A stretch of DNA of 64,000 bases from a virus (Duplodnaviria; Caudoviricetes), in IMG/VR virus record IMGVR_UViG_3300032285_001531. The stretch is one strand, 5' to 3'. Position 1 is the first letter of the stretch. The number at the start of each line of letters is the position of its first letter. Shown piece after piece: positions 26,768 to 36,480 of this stretch. The notes beneath the pieces are model-generated. The model saw only the letters and a program-made list of their open reading frames with translations. It did not search any database and was not told the DNA's origin. A program made the position numbers and the translations under genes.

Positions 26768-28766
26768 GTAGTTCTCCTATTCTTTCTATCATCATATGAT
26801 AGTATTTGTCCATCTCTGAATCAAATTCCCCATGAAGTTGGTTCAGTAGTTCTAATGCTTCATCCCACTTTTGCTTGCGGTAGTGATCCAGCATCAGGTC
26901 ATGTTCTACACGTGATACTAAATATTCTGCCATTGAGTTTGCATCTGTTTTTAATACTGTAAAGATTCTAACACCTTCAGTCTTACCTTTTACTGCTATA
27001 ATATCTAATTCTAATGTGAAGTAATCATCACTTATCTGTTCTGCTGTCTTAGGTCCTAATACAATCTTGACACCATAAGGCTTAGACTGTCCTTCCAAAC
27101 GTGAAGCAAGATTGACACCATCACCAAGGCAAGTATAGTCAAAACGTTGACTAGACCCCATATTTCCCACAACAACAGTATCGGTATTGATTCCCAGACC
27201 CATACCAAAAGCTGGCACACCTTCTTTCGTAATTTCTTCATTGAACTCAGTTAAACTTTCCATCATCTCTAATGCCGTTTTAACAGCATCTTTTGCATGA
27301 TTGCTATTACCTACTGGAGCATTCCAGAAAGCCATTTGTGCATCGCCAATATACTTGTCTAATGTACCTTTGTTTTCTAGTATCTTTTTTGTCATAGCAG
27401 TCATGTACCTATTCATGATCTTTGTAAGACCCTGAACGTCTTTGCCATAATGTTCACTGATTGTTGTAAAGCCACGAACATCAGTAAACATAATAGACAA
27501 TTCTTGGCTTTCTCCACCTAACTTAAGTAGATCGGGTTGTCGTTGCAATTGTGCAACTAAGTCTGGTGATAAGTATGTACCAAACTGTTTCTTAATTTGT
27601 TGTTTTTGTAAAAATTCACTTATGAACTTAATGCCATAGCAATGTAGCATAACCAACACACTACTAACAATAAGCGCAGTGGCATCGACAAGCCATTTGT
27701 ACTTGGTAAAAGTATAAAAACTACCGGGCACAACGCTGCCAATAATAATGACAGATATAATAATTCCAGCATATGTCCACCTTGATATAAAAATAATTAT
27801 TAGACCTACTAGTATCAAGCCTAATATCTCAGCACCGTCTATCCAATCAGGACGTTCGATGTTAACTCCATTAATCATTGTGCCAATTACTGCTGCTTGT
27901 ACATCTTGTGGATATACTGCACCACGTGCTGTTGGTACTGGATTAGCTATACCTGCTGCACTTGTTCCTACGATTACTATTGCACCACCAAAGTCTGCGG
28001 GTAAGTCAACTGCACTTACACTCTTATTACTTTGACTCCAATCAATCCATATACGACCTAATGGATCAGTGCTGATTGGTCCGAACTGAGGTATACGCAT
28101 TTTCTCTACACCTAGTTCATTTAATTTAATTTGAAAACTTGGATCACCTGCAGCAACACGTAATGTTTCTAATGCTATTGAAGGATATAGTAAATCATTT
28201 ACACTTACTACTAAAGGTAATCTACGATTAACACCATCAATCTCAGGCATTACATTTGCAATACCAACACCTGCAGCATTTTCTTCTAATGGGCTTACGT
28301 TAGCAATTAATCCAGGATACACTACAATTCTATCAACAAATTCAGGACGCATAATACTTACACCAACTTGTTTAGGTGTATTCTTACTACGTGCTGAAGG
28401 TGTGTTACTTAATACTACAGGATGAGTTGCTAATGATTCTGCTAGTGCTTCATCTTGTCCGTTACGATCGGCTTCAGGCATTAATATATTCCACACTACA
28501 AGCCCCGCATGACGTTTATATAATTCATCAATTAGATTAGCATATTCATTTCTGGGTAAAGGCCATTGTCCATACTTATCTAGTGTAGCCTCATCTATGT
28601 TTACGGTGTAGATGTTGTTTTGTGTTATAGGTTGACTGATTATTACAGTATCAAAATATCGTAGACGAATTGATTCCACAAATGCAGGATCTGCAATGCG
28701 CAATAATGCTAACAATGCTAGTGTTATTAGTGAAGTCCAAGGGCTTAATAATATTTTCTTAATCAT
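26712..28766 (-). CDS. CHASE2-domain class III adenylate/guanylate cyclase
   Basis: IDEATLDKYGQWPLPR, D.DG..RRLPL, 3 TM, FTDVRGFT, DKYIGDA, GNMGS..RFDYTCLGDGVNLASRLEG. Confidence 0.93.
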   Translation of the reverse strand: MIKKILLSPWTSLITLALLALLRIADPAFVESIRLRYFDTVIISQPITQNNIYTVNIDEATLDKYGQWPLPRNEYANLIDELYKRHAGLVVWNILMPEADRNGQDEALAESLATHPVVLSNTPSARSKNTPKQVGVSIMRPEFVDRIVVYPGLIANVSPLEENAAGVGIANVMPEIDGVNRRLPLVVSVNDLLYPSIALETLRVAAGDPSFQIKLNELGVEKMRIPQFGPISTDPLGRIWIDWSQSNKSVSAVDLPADFGGAIVIVGTSAAGIANPVPTARGAVYPQDVQAAVIGTMINGVNIERPDWIDGAEILGLILVGLIIIFISRWTYAGIIISVIIIGSVVPGSFYTFTKYKWLVDATALIVSSVLVMLHCYGIKFISEFLQKQQIKKQFGTYLSPDLVAQLQRQPDLLKLGGESQELSIMFTDVRGFTTISEHYGKDVQGLTKIMNRYMTAMTKKILENKGTLDKYIGDAQMAFWNAPVGNSNHAKDAVKTALEMMESLTEFNEEITKEGVPAFGMGLGINTDTVVVGNMGSSQRFDYTCLGDGVNLASRLEGQSKPYGVKIVLGPKTAEQISDDYFTLELDIIAVKGKTEGVRIFTVLKTDANSMAEYLVSRVEHDLMLDHYRKQKWDEALELLNQLHGEFDSEMDKYYHMMIERIGELREQNLPSDWDTVYRTNSK

Positions 28767-28802
28767 CTATCTACCTTATAGTTTGTAATAGTATTTAGAC
28801 AC

Positions 28803-28841
28803 AAAAAAATAGCAGTCTAACTAGATATAATTAGACCGCTA
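28803..28841 (-). terminator. intrinsic terminator between csg-like operon and cyclase
   Basis: TAGC-GTCTAA / TTAGAC-GCTA stem with T7 tract on minus strand. Confidence 0.6.
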
Positions 28842-28864
28842 CCAAAAACTACCGTACTACTTTA

Positions 28865-29008
28865 TTATTGTTGTTCTACTTCCCGCTTCCATTTTTCATG
28901 ATTTTGGATAACTAGTTCTATTAGTTCTATACGGTGTCTAAGTCTTAGATGGATATCCTGCACAGTATAACCATGTTCAATCATACGTAGAATTAATTCA
29001 ATGTTCAT
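28865..29008 (-). CDS. small helical protein (47 aa, HTH-like)
   Basis: not in ORF track; MNIELILRMIEHGYTVQDIHLRLRHRIELIELVI. Confidence 0.5.
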   Translation of the reverse strand: MNIELILRMIEHGYTVQDIHLRLRHRIELIELVIQNHEKWKREVEQQ

Positions 29009-29017
29009 TCTTATAGT

Positions 29018-29611
29018 CTAATGTTTAATATAACTATACATGCCGCACGTGCCTGGGGCACAGTTAATCATAATACTTGCTTGGTCTACTGTAGTTGGAT
29101 TATCCTGTACTACATTGACTGTTGCATTTGTTGCACCGTGTAGATAAACTTTAAACCATTTATCTGATCCTACATCACCGCTTTGGGTAGATGTTATAGT
29201 GTTACCATTATTTACATTATTACCATCAACAATTAAAGTATGAGATCCTGAACCTGTTTGTCCTATAGTAATACTGTTACCATTACCTTGTAAATTCTGT
29301 ATGTTAGCTATGTGATTACCTGAACCACTTTGATTAATGTCTATTGTGTTATTAATTCCGGCTTTAACTTCAACGGTTGCTGTTTTAGCAGCACCTTGTT
29401 GAGTTATTGTAAACACAGAATAATCTACATCACTAATACTGCCTGTGTTTATAGTGGCGGTGTGTCCTAACCCTGTTTGTTCAATAGTAACTGTATTGCC
29501 AGTACCAATTTGATCTACACTAATTGTATTGTCTGCACTCCATGCATAACCCACCACTAATAGTAGTAAAACTAAAACAAAATATAATATAGTAGCTAGT
29601 CTAAAGTTCAT
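29018..29611 (-). CDS. curlin-like repeat protein (CsgA/CsgB-like)
   Basis: signal peptide; repeats N-T-x-x-I-x-Q-x-G-x-G. Confidence 0.75.
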   Translation of the reverse strand: MNFRLATILYFVLVLLLLVVGYAWSADNTISVDQIGTGNTVTIEQTGLGHTATINTGSISDVDYSVFTITQQGAAKTATVEVKAGINNTIDINQSGSGNHIANIQNLQGNGNSITIGQTGSGSHTLIVDGNNVNNGNTITSTQSGDVGSDKWFKVYLHGATNATVNVVQDNPTTVDQASIMINCAPGTCGMYSYIKH

Positions 29612-29612
29612 C

Positions 29613-30722
29613 TTAATGTTGTGTAATTGTTATATTGCTTGTGCCACCTGCATTGACACGATTCTTAAATTCCATACGTTCTTGATTAATAGTAATAGTC
29701 ACATCTCTAGTTTGTCTTACTGTAGCACATGCAATGTTACTGCCATTATCTTCACGACATAATTGCACAATTGGATCTTCAATGACTGCTACTACACCAG
29801 TTAATGCTACATAATCAGGTAACAGTCTAGCATTAGCATTCTCTAAATAATCCATCTGCGCTTTAAGCATAGCATTAATTAAATCAAGTATATTAACTAG
29901 AAAATCTCTTTCTAAAAAATTAACATCTAATTTACTATACTTGAATGGATCTTGTGTTGCTAATACATTATCTAGTCCTTCATATTTTAAATAATCAACG
30001 TCTAGAAAACCTTTTTTAGTATCACCACGTGCTTCATTGTTGTTCTCAGATTTAACTGGAGTCATAATCAATAAATTATTCATTTGGTCTTCATCCAGTT
30101 TTAATATAACTGGCTTCATAGGTTTTGTTTCACGTGTTTGTACTACAGTAGCCTGAAAAGGTTGATTCATTATCACAACACCTTCATCACTTGTTACACT
30201 AATCTCACCTGTCTTACAATCTGTTTTAACATCACGCCAGCCTACTGGACAACTAGGCAACAACACAATAGTACTACGACCAAGTTCATCTACTGCTGCG
30301 GTGAAGTCTGTACCACGAACACCAATTGTGGCTGATGGAGTATTAACTGCTACTGATTGTGGATTGTTCTTTGCTATTTGACCTGATGCGTAACGTACGG
30401 TACCTAATGCTATATTAACAGCAAGTTTTCCACCTGTCTTGCTGTTAGGATCATAAACAAAATCATCTATAACTAGTTTACTATTCTCCGTTACCTGTAC
30501 CTTTGTGTTGTCTGCGAACGTGAGTCCCACTTTTCCCTGTTGGGTTCTTACCGTATCTAACATCTCCAGTCCAGTCCCTTTGGACCCCGTCAACGTCTGC
30601 TTCTGTCGTAGTATCGAAGGCGGAGTCTGAACTTGTTCCGTTATCGTCCCTATTGCTGCGTTTACGTTCATTGGCGATATGCTCAGCAATAGTAAGGATA
30701 TTCTTAGGTACCATGTTTTCAT
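29613..30722 (-). CDS. FecR-domain secreted protein
   Basis: signal peptide; FADNTKVQVTENSKLVIDDFVYD, GTVRYASG, TPSATIGVRGTDF. Confidence 0.85.
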   Translation of the reverse strand: MKTWYLRISLLLLSISPMNVNAAIGTITEQVQTPPSILRQKQTLTGSKGTGLEMLDTVRTQQGKVGLTFADNTKVQVTENSKLVIDDFVYDPNSKTGGKLAVNIALGTVRYASGQIAKNNPQSVAVNTPSATIGVRGTDFTAAVDELGRSTIVLLPSCPVGWRDVKTDCKTGEISVTSDEGVVIMNQPFQATVVQTRETKPMKPVILKLDEDQMNNLLIMTPVKSENNNEARGDTKKGFLDVDYLKYEGLDNVLATQDPFKYSKLDVNFLERDFLVNILDLINAMLKAQMDYLENANARLLPDYVALTGVVAVIEDPIVQLCREDNGSNIACATVRQTRDVTITINQERMEFKNRVNAGGTSNITITQH

Positions 30723-30732
30723 CTCCTTCCCC

Positions 30733-31512
30733 TTATTGGGCAGTTTGTGTTATTGTAAATGAATTAGTACTTCCTGAACTTTGTAAATTAAATGTGTTAT
30801 CACCTGCAGTACCTGATTGAGTTACTGATAATGTATTGCCACTACCTGTAACTGCTAATGTAGCACTATGTCCTAGTACTGCACCACCAGTTTGATTAAT
30901 AGACACATTATTATTAGCACCCGCTATAACCATAGTAGCAGTAGCATTAATACCTACACTAGGAGCTAATGTAATATTACCTGTGTTACCGCCACCGCCT
31001 GTGATACCAATGCTAGGATGTAATCCATCACCAATGATGTTAAAGTTCATTGCATTGTTATTACCACCTGCACTGTTACCAGTAACTACATTGTTTTCAC
31101 CGCTAATTGAAACGTTAGCCTGTGAATTATTACCTACTTGTGTAATACCAATATTGTTACGATTACATTTTCCTGTTTCAGCGTCATTACAATTTATAAG
31201 TGCAATGCCATTGTTACCTGAAACACTGTAGCTGAACACGTTTGTTGAACCTAATGATCCGCCGTTAATACCTAATGTTAAACGATTGTTGATACCTGTT
31301 TGTGTGATTGTTACTGCAGTATCATCACCATATATTTTAGCATTAGCATCTTGTGCTATTCCTATACCCTTAACGGTGTTGCTCGATCCGTCTTGAGTTA
31401 TAGTAATAGTGCTACGATCACCAATTTGATCCAAATAAACTTTGTTGTCCCCTGATATAGCAACACTGGCTAAAGTTAATAACGCCATCATTACTACTAT
31501 TTTTGTTTTCAT
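30733..31512 (-). CDS. curlin-like repeat protein (CsgA/CsgB-like)
   Basis: signal peptide; many x-I-T-Q-x-G-x-x-N repeats. Confidence 0.75.
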   Translation of the reverse strand: MKTKIVVMMALLTLASVAISGDNKVYLDQIGDRSTITITQDGSSNTVKGIGIAQDANAKIYGDDTAVTITQTGINNRLTLGINGGSLGSTNVFSYSVSGNNGIALINCNDAETGKCNRNNIGITQVGNNSQANVSISGENNVVTGNSAGGNNNAMNFNIIGDGLHPSIGITGGGGNTGNITLAPSVGINATATMVIAGANNNVSINQTGGAVLGHSATLAVTGSGNTLSVTQSGTAGDNTFNLQSSGSTNSFTITQTAQ

Positions 31513-31528
31513 GATTTTTCACGAGTCC

Positions 31529-32671
31529 TTACTTTTTCTTTTTTTTATTGTGCAGGTTCTTAATGACCTGTTTTTTATTGCTAATTTTTCTAGCATGTTT
31601 TTCTTCTTGTTTCATCTTAATAGTAGGCTTACTCATCTTTATAGGTATCATCACTAATACTTTACTTTTTTGAGCAAACCTATTATCATTTGATTCTTTT
31701 GTTTCACTGTGTGTGTCAACTTCTTGTACTTTTGGCTCTTCGGATTTAACTTCTTCCTTAGGCTCTTCTTTTGGTTCTTCTTTTACTTCTACCTTAGGTT
31801 CTTCTTTCTTTACATCTTCTTTTTTTGTTTCCACCTTAGGTTCTTGCTTTGAAGCGGGTATAATTATTACGCCAGGTTTAGTATCTTCAATTGCCCAGAT
31901 ACCTTTACGTGCACCTTCTTTAATCAATTCAAGCACTGCTGCTTCAATTGCACTCTTAACTGCAAATGTCCCTGGCTCATTTACAGTTAACCCTGCTTCA
32001 AATTCAAACGCTTTGGTGCCCACGTCAAAGAACTTCATTGCTGCTACTGAGTCACCTGCACTAACAATTGTTTTCTGCATTGTTACTGCTGCTAATACTT
32101 CACCTGTGCTTACACTGATAGCACGGATACTCACAGTAACAATATCTTCACTATATTGTGTTTGAGGTCCTATGCCTAACCAACGTGCTGCCATACCGCC
32201 TGACTTAGTTGAACTATCATATCCAACTATGCCACCTTCTAATAATATACCGGCGAACATCATAGGTGGCAAAGGCTTAGCATTTGATCCTTCATATGCT
32301 TCACGCATTTGACGAATCAATTGTCGTTCACGTGTTAAGCCATCTATGCCTACACGTTCAACTACTTTGAACCACTTACCTTGTCCTACATCTTGCAATG
32401 CTTTAATCAAAAACATTTCACCGCCTTGTGTTACTGCAGTGCTTAAACTTGCTACGTTTTGTTGTGGTCTACGCTGACCTGTTTTATCTGTAAATCCATA
32501 CAGTGCTACTGTAATAGGTTGTCCACCTGCAGGACCCGGAATCTTATCAAATTCTTTTTGCATCATTACTGGCATATTAACAGGTTTAGGAGCTGACCCC
32601 ATACGCTCGTTTTGCGATACTGCACATCCTGATAATAAACTTAGTAATAATAATATTTTTATTGTTCTCAT
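31529..32671 (-). CDS. csgG: curli secretion channel CsgG with charged C-terminal extension
   Basis: lipobox LSGC; DKTGQRRP, STAVTQG, WF.VVER, ERQLIR, LEGGIVGYD. Confidence 0.9.
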   Translation of the reverse strand: MRTIKILLLLSLLSGCAVSQNERMGSAPKPVNMPVMMQKEFDKIPGPAGGQPITVALYGFTDKTGQRRPQQNVASLSTAVTQGGEMFLIKALQDVGQGKWFKVVERVGIDGLTRERQLIRQMREAYEGSNAKPLPPMMFAGILLEGGIVGYDSSTKSGGMAARWLGIGPQTQYSEDIVTVSIRAISVSTGEVLAAVTMQKTIVSAGDSVAAMKFFDVGTKAFEFEAGLTVNEPGTFAVKSAIEAAVLELIKEGARKGIWAIEDTKPGVIIIPASKQEPKVETKKEDVKKEEPKVEVKEEPKEEPKEEVKSEEPKVQEVDTHSETKESNDNRFAQKSKVLVMIPIKMSKPTIKMKQEEKHARKISNKKQVIKNLHNKKKKK

Positions 32672-33126
32672 TATTGAAATTGAAATTGTCCTAATGGTAC
32701 TGTAATCTGTGTGGTGTTCCCTACTAAATCTGTTACTGTCAAATATACGTTGCTAGAATCTTTCGTCCATGAAATATTATTCCCCTCAAAGTTCAGTGTA
32801 CCACTATTACTACCACCATTAGCAAACATAGCAGTTGCTAAGTTTTGACTGATTTGTGCATAGATTCGTGATTCTAAGTTATTAAGGAATTTCTGTAGAT
32901 TTGTGTTTTTGGCATCTGCTGCAGCCTTATCTATTGCTGACTGTATATCTTTCCTCAATTGTTCTTTTCTAGTATGTTCCTGATTCTCTATAGTAAGTAC
33001 GTGGCTGCTGTATCCAATACCATTAAAGGATGGACTTTTAAAACTATAATCGGGTAAAGGCGCAGCATAAACTACGCTGGTTAGTGCAGTTAGAACAGCC
33101 ACCTTTATTATTTTTTTGACTACCAT
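32671..33126 (-). CDS. csgF: curli assembly protein CsgF
   Basis: signal peptide; YSFKSPSFNG, LTIENQE, FLNNLESRIYAQISQ; adjacent to csgG. Confidence 0.8.
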   Translation of the reverse strand: MVVKKIIKVAVLTALTSVVYAAPLPDYSFKSPSFNGIGYSSHVLTIENQEHTRKEQLRKDIQSAIDKAAADAKNTNLQKFLNNLESRIYAQISQNLATAMFANGGSNSGTLNFEGNNISWTKDSSNVYLTVTDLVGNTTQITVPLGQFQFQ

Positions 33127-33220
33127 TGGTACAATCTTTCCAGATAAATACTACTATAATAAGACTATTTAGTTGACTTAGATCAAAAAAATAGCGTAAT
33201 ACTTTACAGGGAGCATAAAT

Positions 33221-33499
33221 ATGGACTTTTTCAAATTAGTCGCCGAAGTGGGGTTTCCCATTGCCGGTGCATGTGCCGCAGGGTATTTCGTGTTTTTGAC
33301 ATTGAAGTTTATCTTGGCTGGTGTAACAGGTAGTGTTATGGGTATCAAGGGCATTATTATGGCCCTAGATAATCGTGTTAAAACCATGAACCATGATGTA
33401 GTAAGAATTGACGTAACAGTAAGTAATGCATTAGGACTCAGACCAGACGTAGACCGTATTGCGAGAGCAGACGGAAAAAACGATGCAAGGAGAGACTAA
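33221..33499 (+). CDS. small membrane protein (YvrJ/holin-like)
   Basis: VGFPIAG...GYF single TM then coiled coil. Confidence 0.6.
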   Translation: MDFFKLVAEVGFPIAGACAAGYFVFLTLKFILAGVTGSVMGIKGIIMALDNRVKTMNHDVVRIDVTVSNALGLRPDVDRIARADGKNDARRD

Positions 33500-33681
33500 T
33501 GAAAATATTCAAAGGAAACAAATGGAATCAATGGTATGAGTCATTACCTGAGAACTACAAGATATACCTAGAAAATCAAGGTAAGTATTACGAACAACAT
33601 AATACAAATGACATTATAGTATCATTAGCAATAGGATTCATAGTAGGAATAGGTTTAGGGTTTTGGCTATTCCTTAAATGA
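33499..33681 (+). CDS. small membrane protein
   Basis: C-terminal TM. Confidence 0.6.
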   Translation: MKIFKGNKWNQWYESLPENYKIYLENQGKYYEQHNTNDIIVSLAIGFIVGIGLGFWLFLK

Positions 33682-33908
33682 GTGCCCATATTTTATCTAA
33701 AGGATCAGTTGTGCTATTTCATGATTACACTTGGAATCTAGATGAAAACGGAATTAAACTAGATAGTGAATTAGAAGTAGAACAACTGGGCTGGCAGGTA
33801 GGAGACTACTTTAAGTTTGTAGAAGAAAATGGTGTACGTAGATTAGTAAAAATAGATGTGTTAGAGAAGTTTATAATAAAAGGAGCAGATAATGAAACAA
33901 ATGATTGA
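33678..33908 (+). CDS. hypothetical phage protein
   Basis: 76 aa, coupled. Confidence 0.65.
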   Translation: MSAHILSKGSVVLFHDYTWNLDENGIKLDSELEVEQLGWQVGDYFKFVEENGVRRLVKIDVLEKFIIKGADNETND

Positions 33909-34443
33909 TAAAGCAACAGGAAAAGTATTGACAAGAAGTGAAGCCGAAGCTAAAATTAAAGATAAAGCAGGATGGGTTATCACAGTTGTTGCTGCACTAT
34001 TAGCAGTTAATGCTTACTTAGGCAATAGTAATAGTAGTAAAATATTAAACAATACAATTGAAGCAAACGATACTTGGGGTTTCTATCAAGCAAAAAGTAT
34101 TAAGCAAAGTATTGCTGAAGGGCAACTTGATGATGCATTGTCACGTAAGGATGCAGCAAAGGTTGAGAAGCTAAGAGCAAAGATTGCAAGATACGAAAGT
34201 GATCCTGAAAAAGGTGAGGGTAAAAAAGAGTTAATGGCTAAGGCTCAGAAACTAGCAGCAGATAGAGCAGAAGCTAAAAAACGTAGTCCGTGGTATACAT
34301 TTGCCGGTACTGCATTTCAGTTAGCAATTGTGTTATTATCAGCAAGTATATTAGCAGTGAGTATGACTATGTTCTGGGCCAGCTTGTGGGTTGGCGGTAT
34401 TGGTGCTATACTAATGGCACAAGCTATTTGGATGATAGTATAA
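33892..34443 (+). CDS. DUF4337-family membrane protein
   Basis: TVVAALLAVN...ANDTWGFYQAKSIKQ...FQLAIVLLSASIL. Confidence 0.75.
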   Translation: MKQMIDKATGKVLTRSEAEAKIKDKAGWVITVVAALLAVNAYLGNSNSSKILNNTIEANDTWGFYQAKSIKQSIAEGQLDDALSRKDAAKVEKLRAKIARYESDPEKGEGKKELMAKAQKLAADRAEAKKRSPWYTFAGTAFQLAIVLLSASILAVSMTMFWASLWVGGIGAILMAQAIWMIV

Positions 34444-34793
34444 TGGATGGCATAGCTGATTTAATTAACAAATATGGTTTTCCCATAGTTGCTGCAGGCG
34501 GAACCGGTTACATGATATACTATGTTTGGGAATGGGCGACTAAGGATATTAAGCCTGTTCTCAGTGAAGCGAATACTACATTGATTGCATTAATCGACCG
34601 TATTCGTATGCTAGATAATGACTTAATAAGATTGCAACAAAAAGTTAACACTACACTTCATTTACGTGGTAAGATTATTGAAAGTGAACGTGTTATGGAA
34701 GCACATAAAGTTGATGTTGAGGCAGAAAAGAAATTTAGACAGGCAGTAGAAGAAGAACCGCATCCTCATCATAAGAAAGAGGAACCAAAATGA
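34443..34793 (+). CDS. small membrane protein (YvrJ/holin-like), paralogue of 33221
   Basis: LINKYGFPIVAAGGTGY...LIDRIRMLDNDLIRL. Confidence 0.6.
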   Translation: MDGIADLINKYGFPIVAAGGTGYMIYYVWEWATKDIKPVLSEANTTLIALIDRIRMLDNDLIRLQQKVNTTLHLRGKIIESERVMEAHKVDVEAEKKFRQAVEEEPHPHHKKEEPK

Positions 34794-34876
34794 TTAACAC
34801 ATTTTTAATCATAATAGGTTTTGTAGCAGCAGTTTTATTCATACGTTGGTTAACCGAAGAGATAGATGGTGAATAA
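34790..34876 (+). CDS. tiny membrane peptide (28 aa)
   Basis: not in ORF track; ATGA and TAATG coupling on both sides. Confidence 0.45.
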   Translation: MINTFLIIIGFVAAVLFIRWLTEEIDGE

Positions 34877-35484
34877 TGAAAATTTTTGAAGTACAAGAAC
34901 AAGAAGTAGTTGAACAGAAACCGCCTATGTTGTACCTTGACATGGACGGAGTTCAGGCAGACTTTTTTACAAGCTGGGCTTTATGGCACGGCGAGAAAAT
35001 TCAAAATCCTGAAGTACAAAGATACAAACAAATTGGTGACAAAGAAAAGCGTGAGGAAAGCATTCGTGCCTTACAAGCAGAAGGTCCTGAATTTGTCTAT
35101 CAGTTCTTTGCTACTTTACCAATACTTCCAAACGGTATGGCACTTGTGCAGTGGATCAAAGACAACAAGATTCCTTGCACAATCTTATCCGCTCCCCTAC
35201 GTTCAAGCCCTGAGGACAAACAAAAGTTAATCACGGCTGCAAGCATTGAGGGTAAGAAATATTGGCTCAGTCAACACAACCCCGGACTTCCTATGATATT
35301 TGACGGTATGAAGGAAAGATACGCTACAAAAGGCGGTCAACCTAACGTATTAGTTGATGACCATAAGAAGTACATTTCAGCATGGGAAGGTAAGGGCGGA
35401 ATCGGTATATTACACCGTGAACAAAATACTGACCATACCATTCAACAACTTAAACAGATATATGGAAAGTTTCTAGATAAATAG
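34876..35484 (+). CDS. HAD-family 5'(3')-deoxyribonucleotidase-like protein
   Basis: LYLDMDGVQADF, ILSAP, LVDDH...W...GGIGI. Confidence 0.8.
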   Translation: MKIFEVQEQEVVEQKPPMLYLDMDGVQADFFTSWALWHGEKIQNPEVQRYKQIGDKEKREESIRALQAEGPEFVYQFFATLPILPNGMALVQWIKDNKIPCTILSAPLRSSPEDKQKLITAASIEGKKYWLSQHNPGLPMIFDGMKERYATKGGQPNVLVDDHKKYISAWEGKGGIGILHREQNTDHTIQQLKQIYGKFLDK

Positions 35485-35511
35485 TATATTATCCTTAAAG
35501 GCAAATATACT

Positions 35512-36480
35512 ATGGAACACGATTTTTTCAAAAAATACATTGATATCATCAATGAGGCACAAGCTCCGGCGCCAGGCGCAATGCGCCCTACAACAGCACA
35601 AACATTAGCAGCTACTAGAGCGGCTAGTAATGCATCAGCTGGAGGTAACGTTCCACCAAACTCTCCAAAACAGATGCCGTACATGGCGCCGCAAAAGCAA
35701 GTTGGAGAACCGCAAAGAGTAGCACCCACAGCAAGTTTAGGTGGAATGTCACAATCAGCGGACGCAAAAACAGGTGATATTACTACTGCATTTAACGCAG
35801 GTGATGTGGGTGTATCATCAACAAAAACTCCCGGCGGATATGTAAAAGCAAAATCAATGGATTATCAAATGGGTGATGTTGGTGTTGCTCAATCTCAAAA
35901 TGCACCTAATTATGCTCAGGGACAAATTGCTGCACCTACTACAACTACTGCAACAACAGGTAGTGGAGCACAAGGAACAGCCGTAAGTGGTGTTGGCTTT
36001 GGTGGTGCGAGCGGTAGCAATGTTGGTAACAATACAGTTACTTCAGGTGATCAAGAACTAGCTGGTATAGCAAAAGGAATGACCCCTCAGCCAGGTCAAC
36101 AAACTGTGCAAGAAGAAGAAGAACCAGAATCAGTACGAGATTTACTAAAGAAATTACTTGACATCGTAAGAGACCACGAAGGTCCTAAAAAAGATTCTGA
36201 AAAAGAAGTAGACGAAGCTAAAAAAGATGATGGTAAGGATCAAAAGAATACAAGTACTACTAAAGATAATCCTTCTCAGAATCCAACAAAGACTGATATT
36301 CCAAAACGTGAGACACCAAAGAACACTTCTACTGTGATTGGAAAAGAAGATGACAAAGAAGAAGATGAAGAAAAAGTCACAGAAGATGAAAACCTATATC
36401 AGCGTGAGTACCAAGTGGCTGAGGAAAAAATTGAAGAATCTCTCCGTAGTTTATTAAAGGCTATCAAAGAAGGTAAATGA
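35512..36480 (+). CDS. low-complexity protein, possible virion internal protein
   Basis: Gly/Ala/Thr-rich then D/E/K-rich; IDIINEA N-terminus. Confidence 0.65.
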   Translation: MEHDFFKKYIDIINEAQAPAPGAMRPTTAQTLAATRAASNASAGGNVPPNSPKQMPYMAPQKQVGEPQRVAPTASLGGMSQSADAKTGDITTAFNAGDVGVSSTKTPGGYVKAKSMDYQMGDVGVAQSQNAPNYAQGQIAAPTTTTATTGSGAQGTAVSGVGFGGASGSNVGNNTVTSGDQELAGIAKGMTPQPGQQTVQEEEEPESVRDLLKKLLDIVRDHEGPKKDSEKEVDEAKKDDGKDQKNTSTTKDNPSQNPTKTDIPKRETPKNTSTVIGKEDDKEEDEEKVTEDENLYQREYQVAEEKIEESLRSLLKAIKEGK

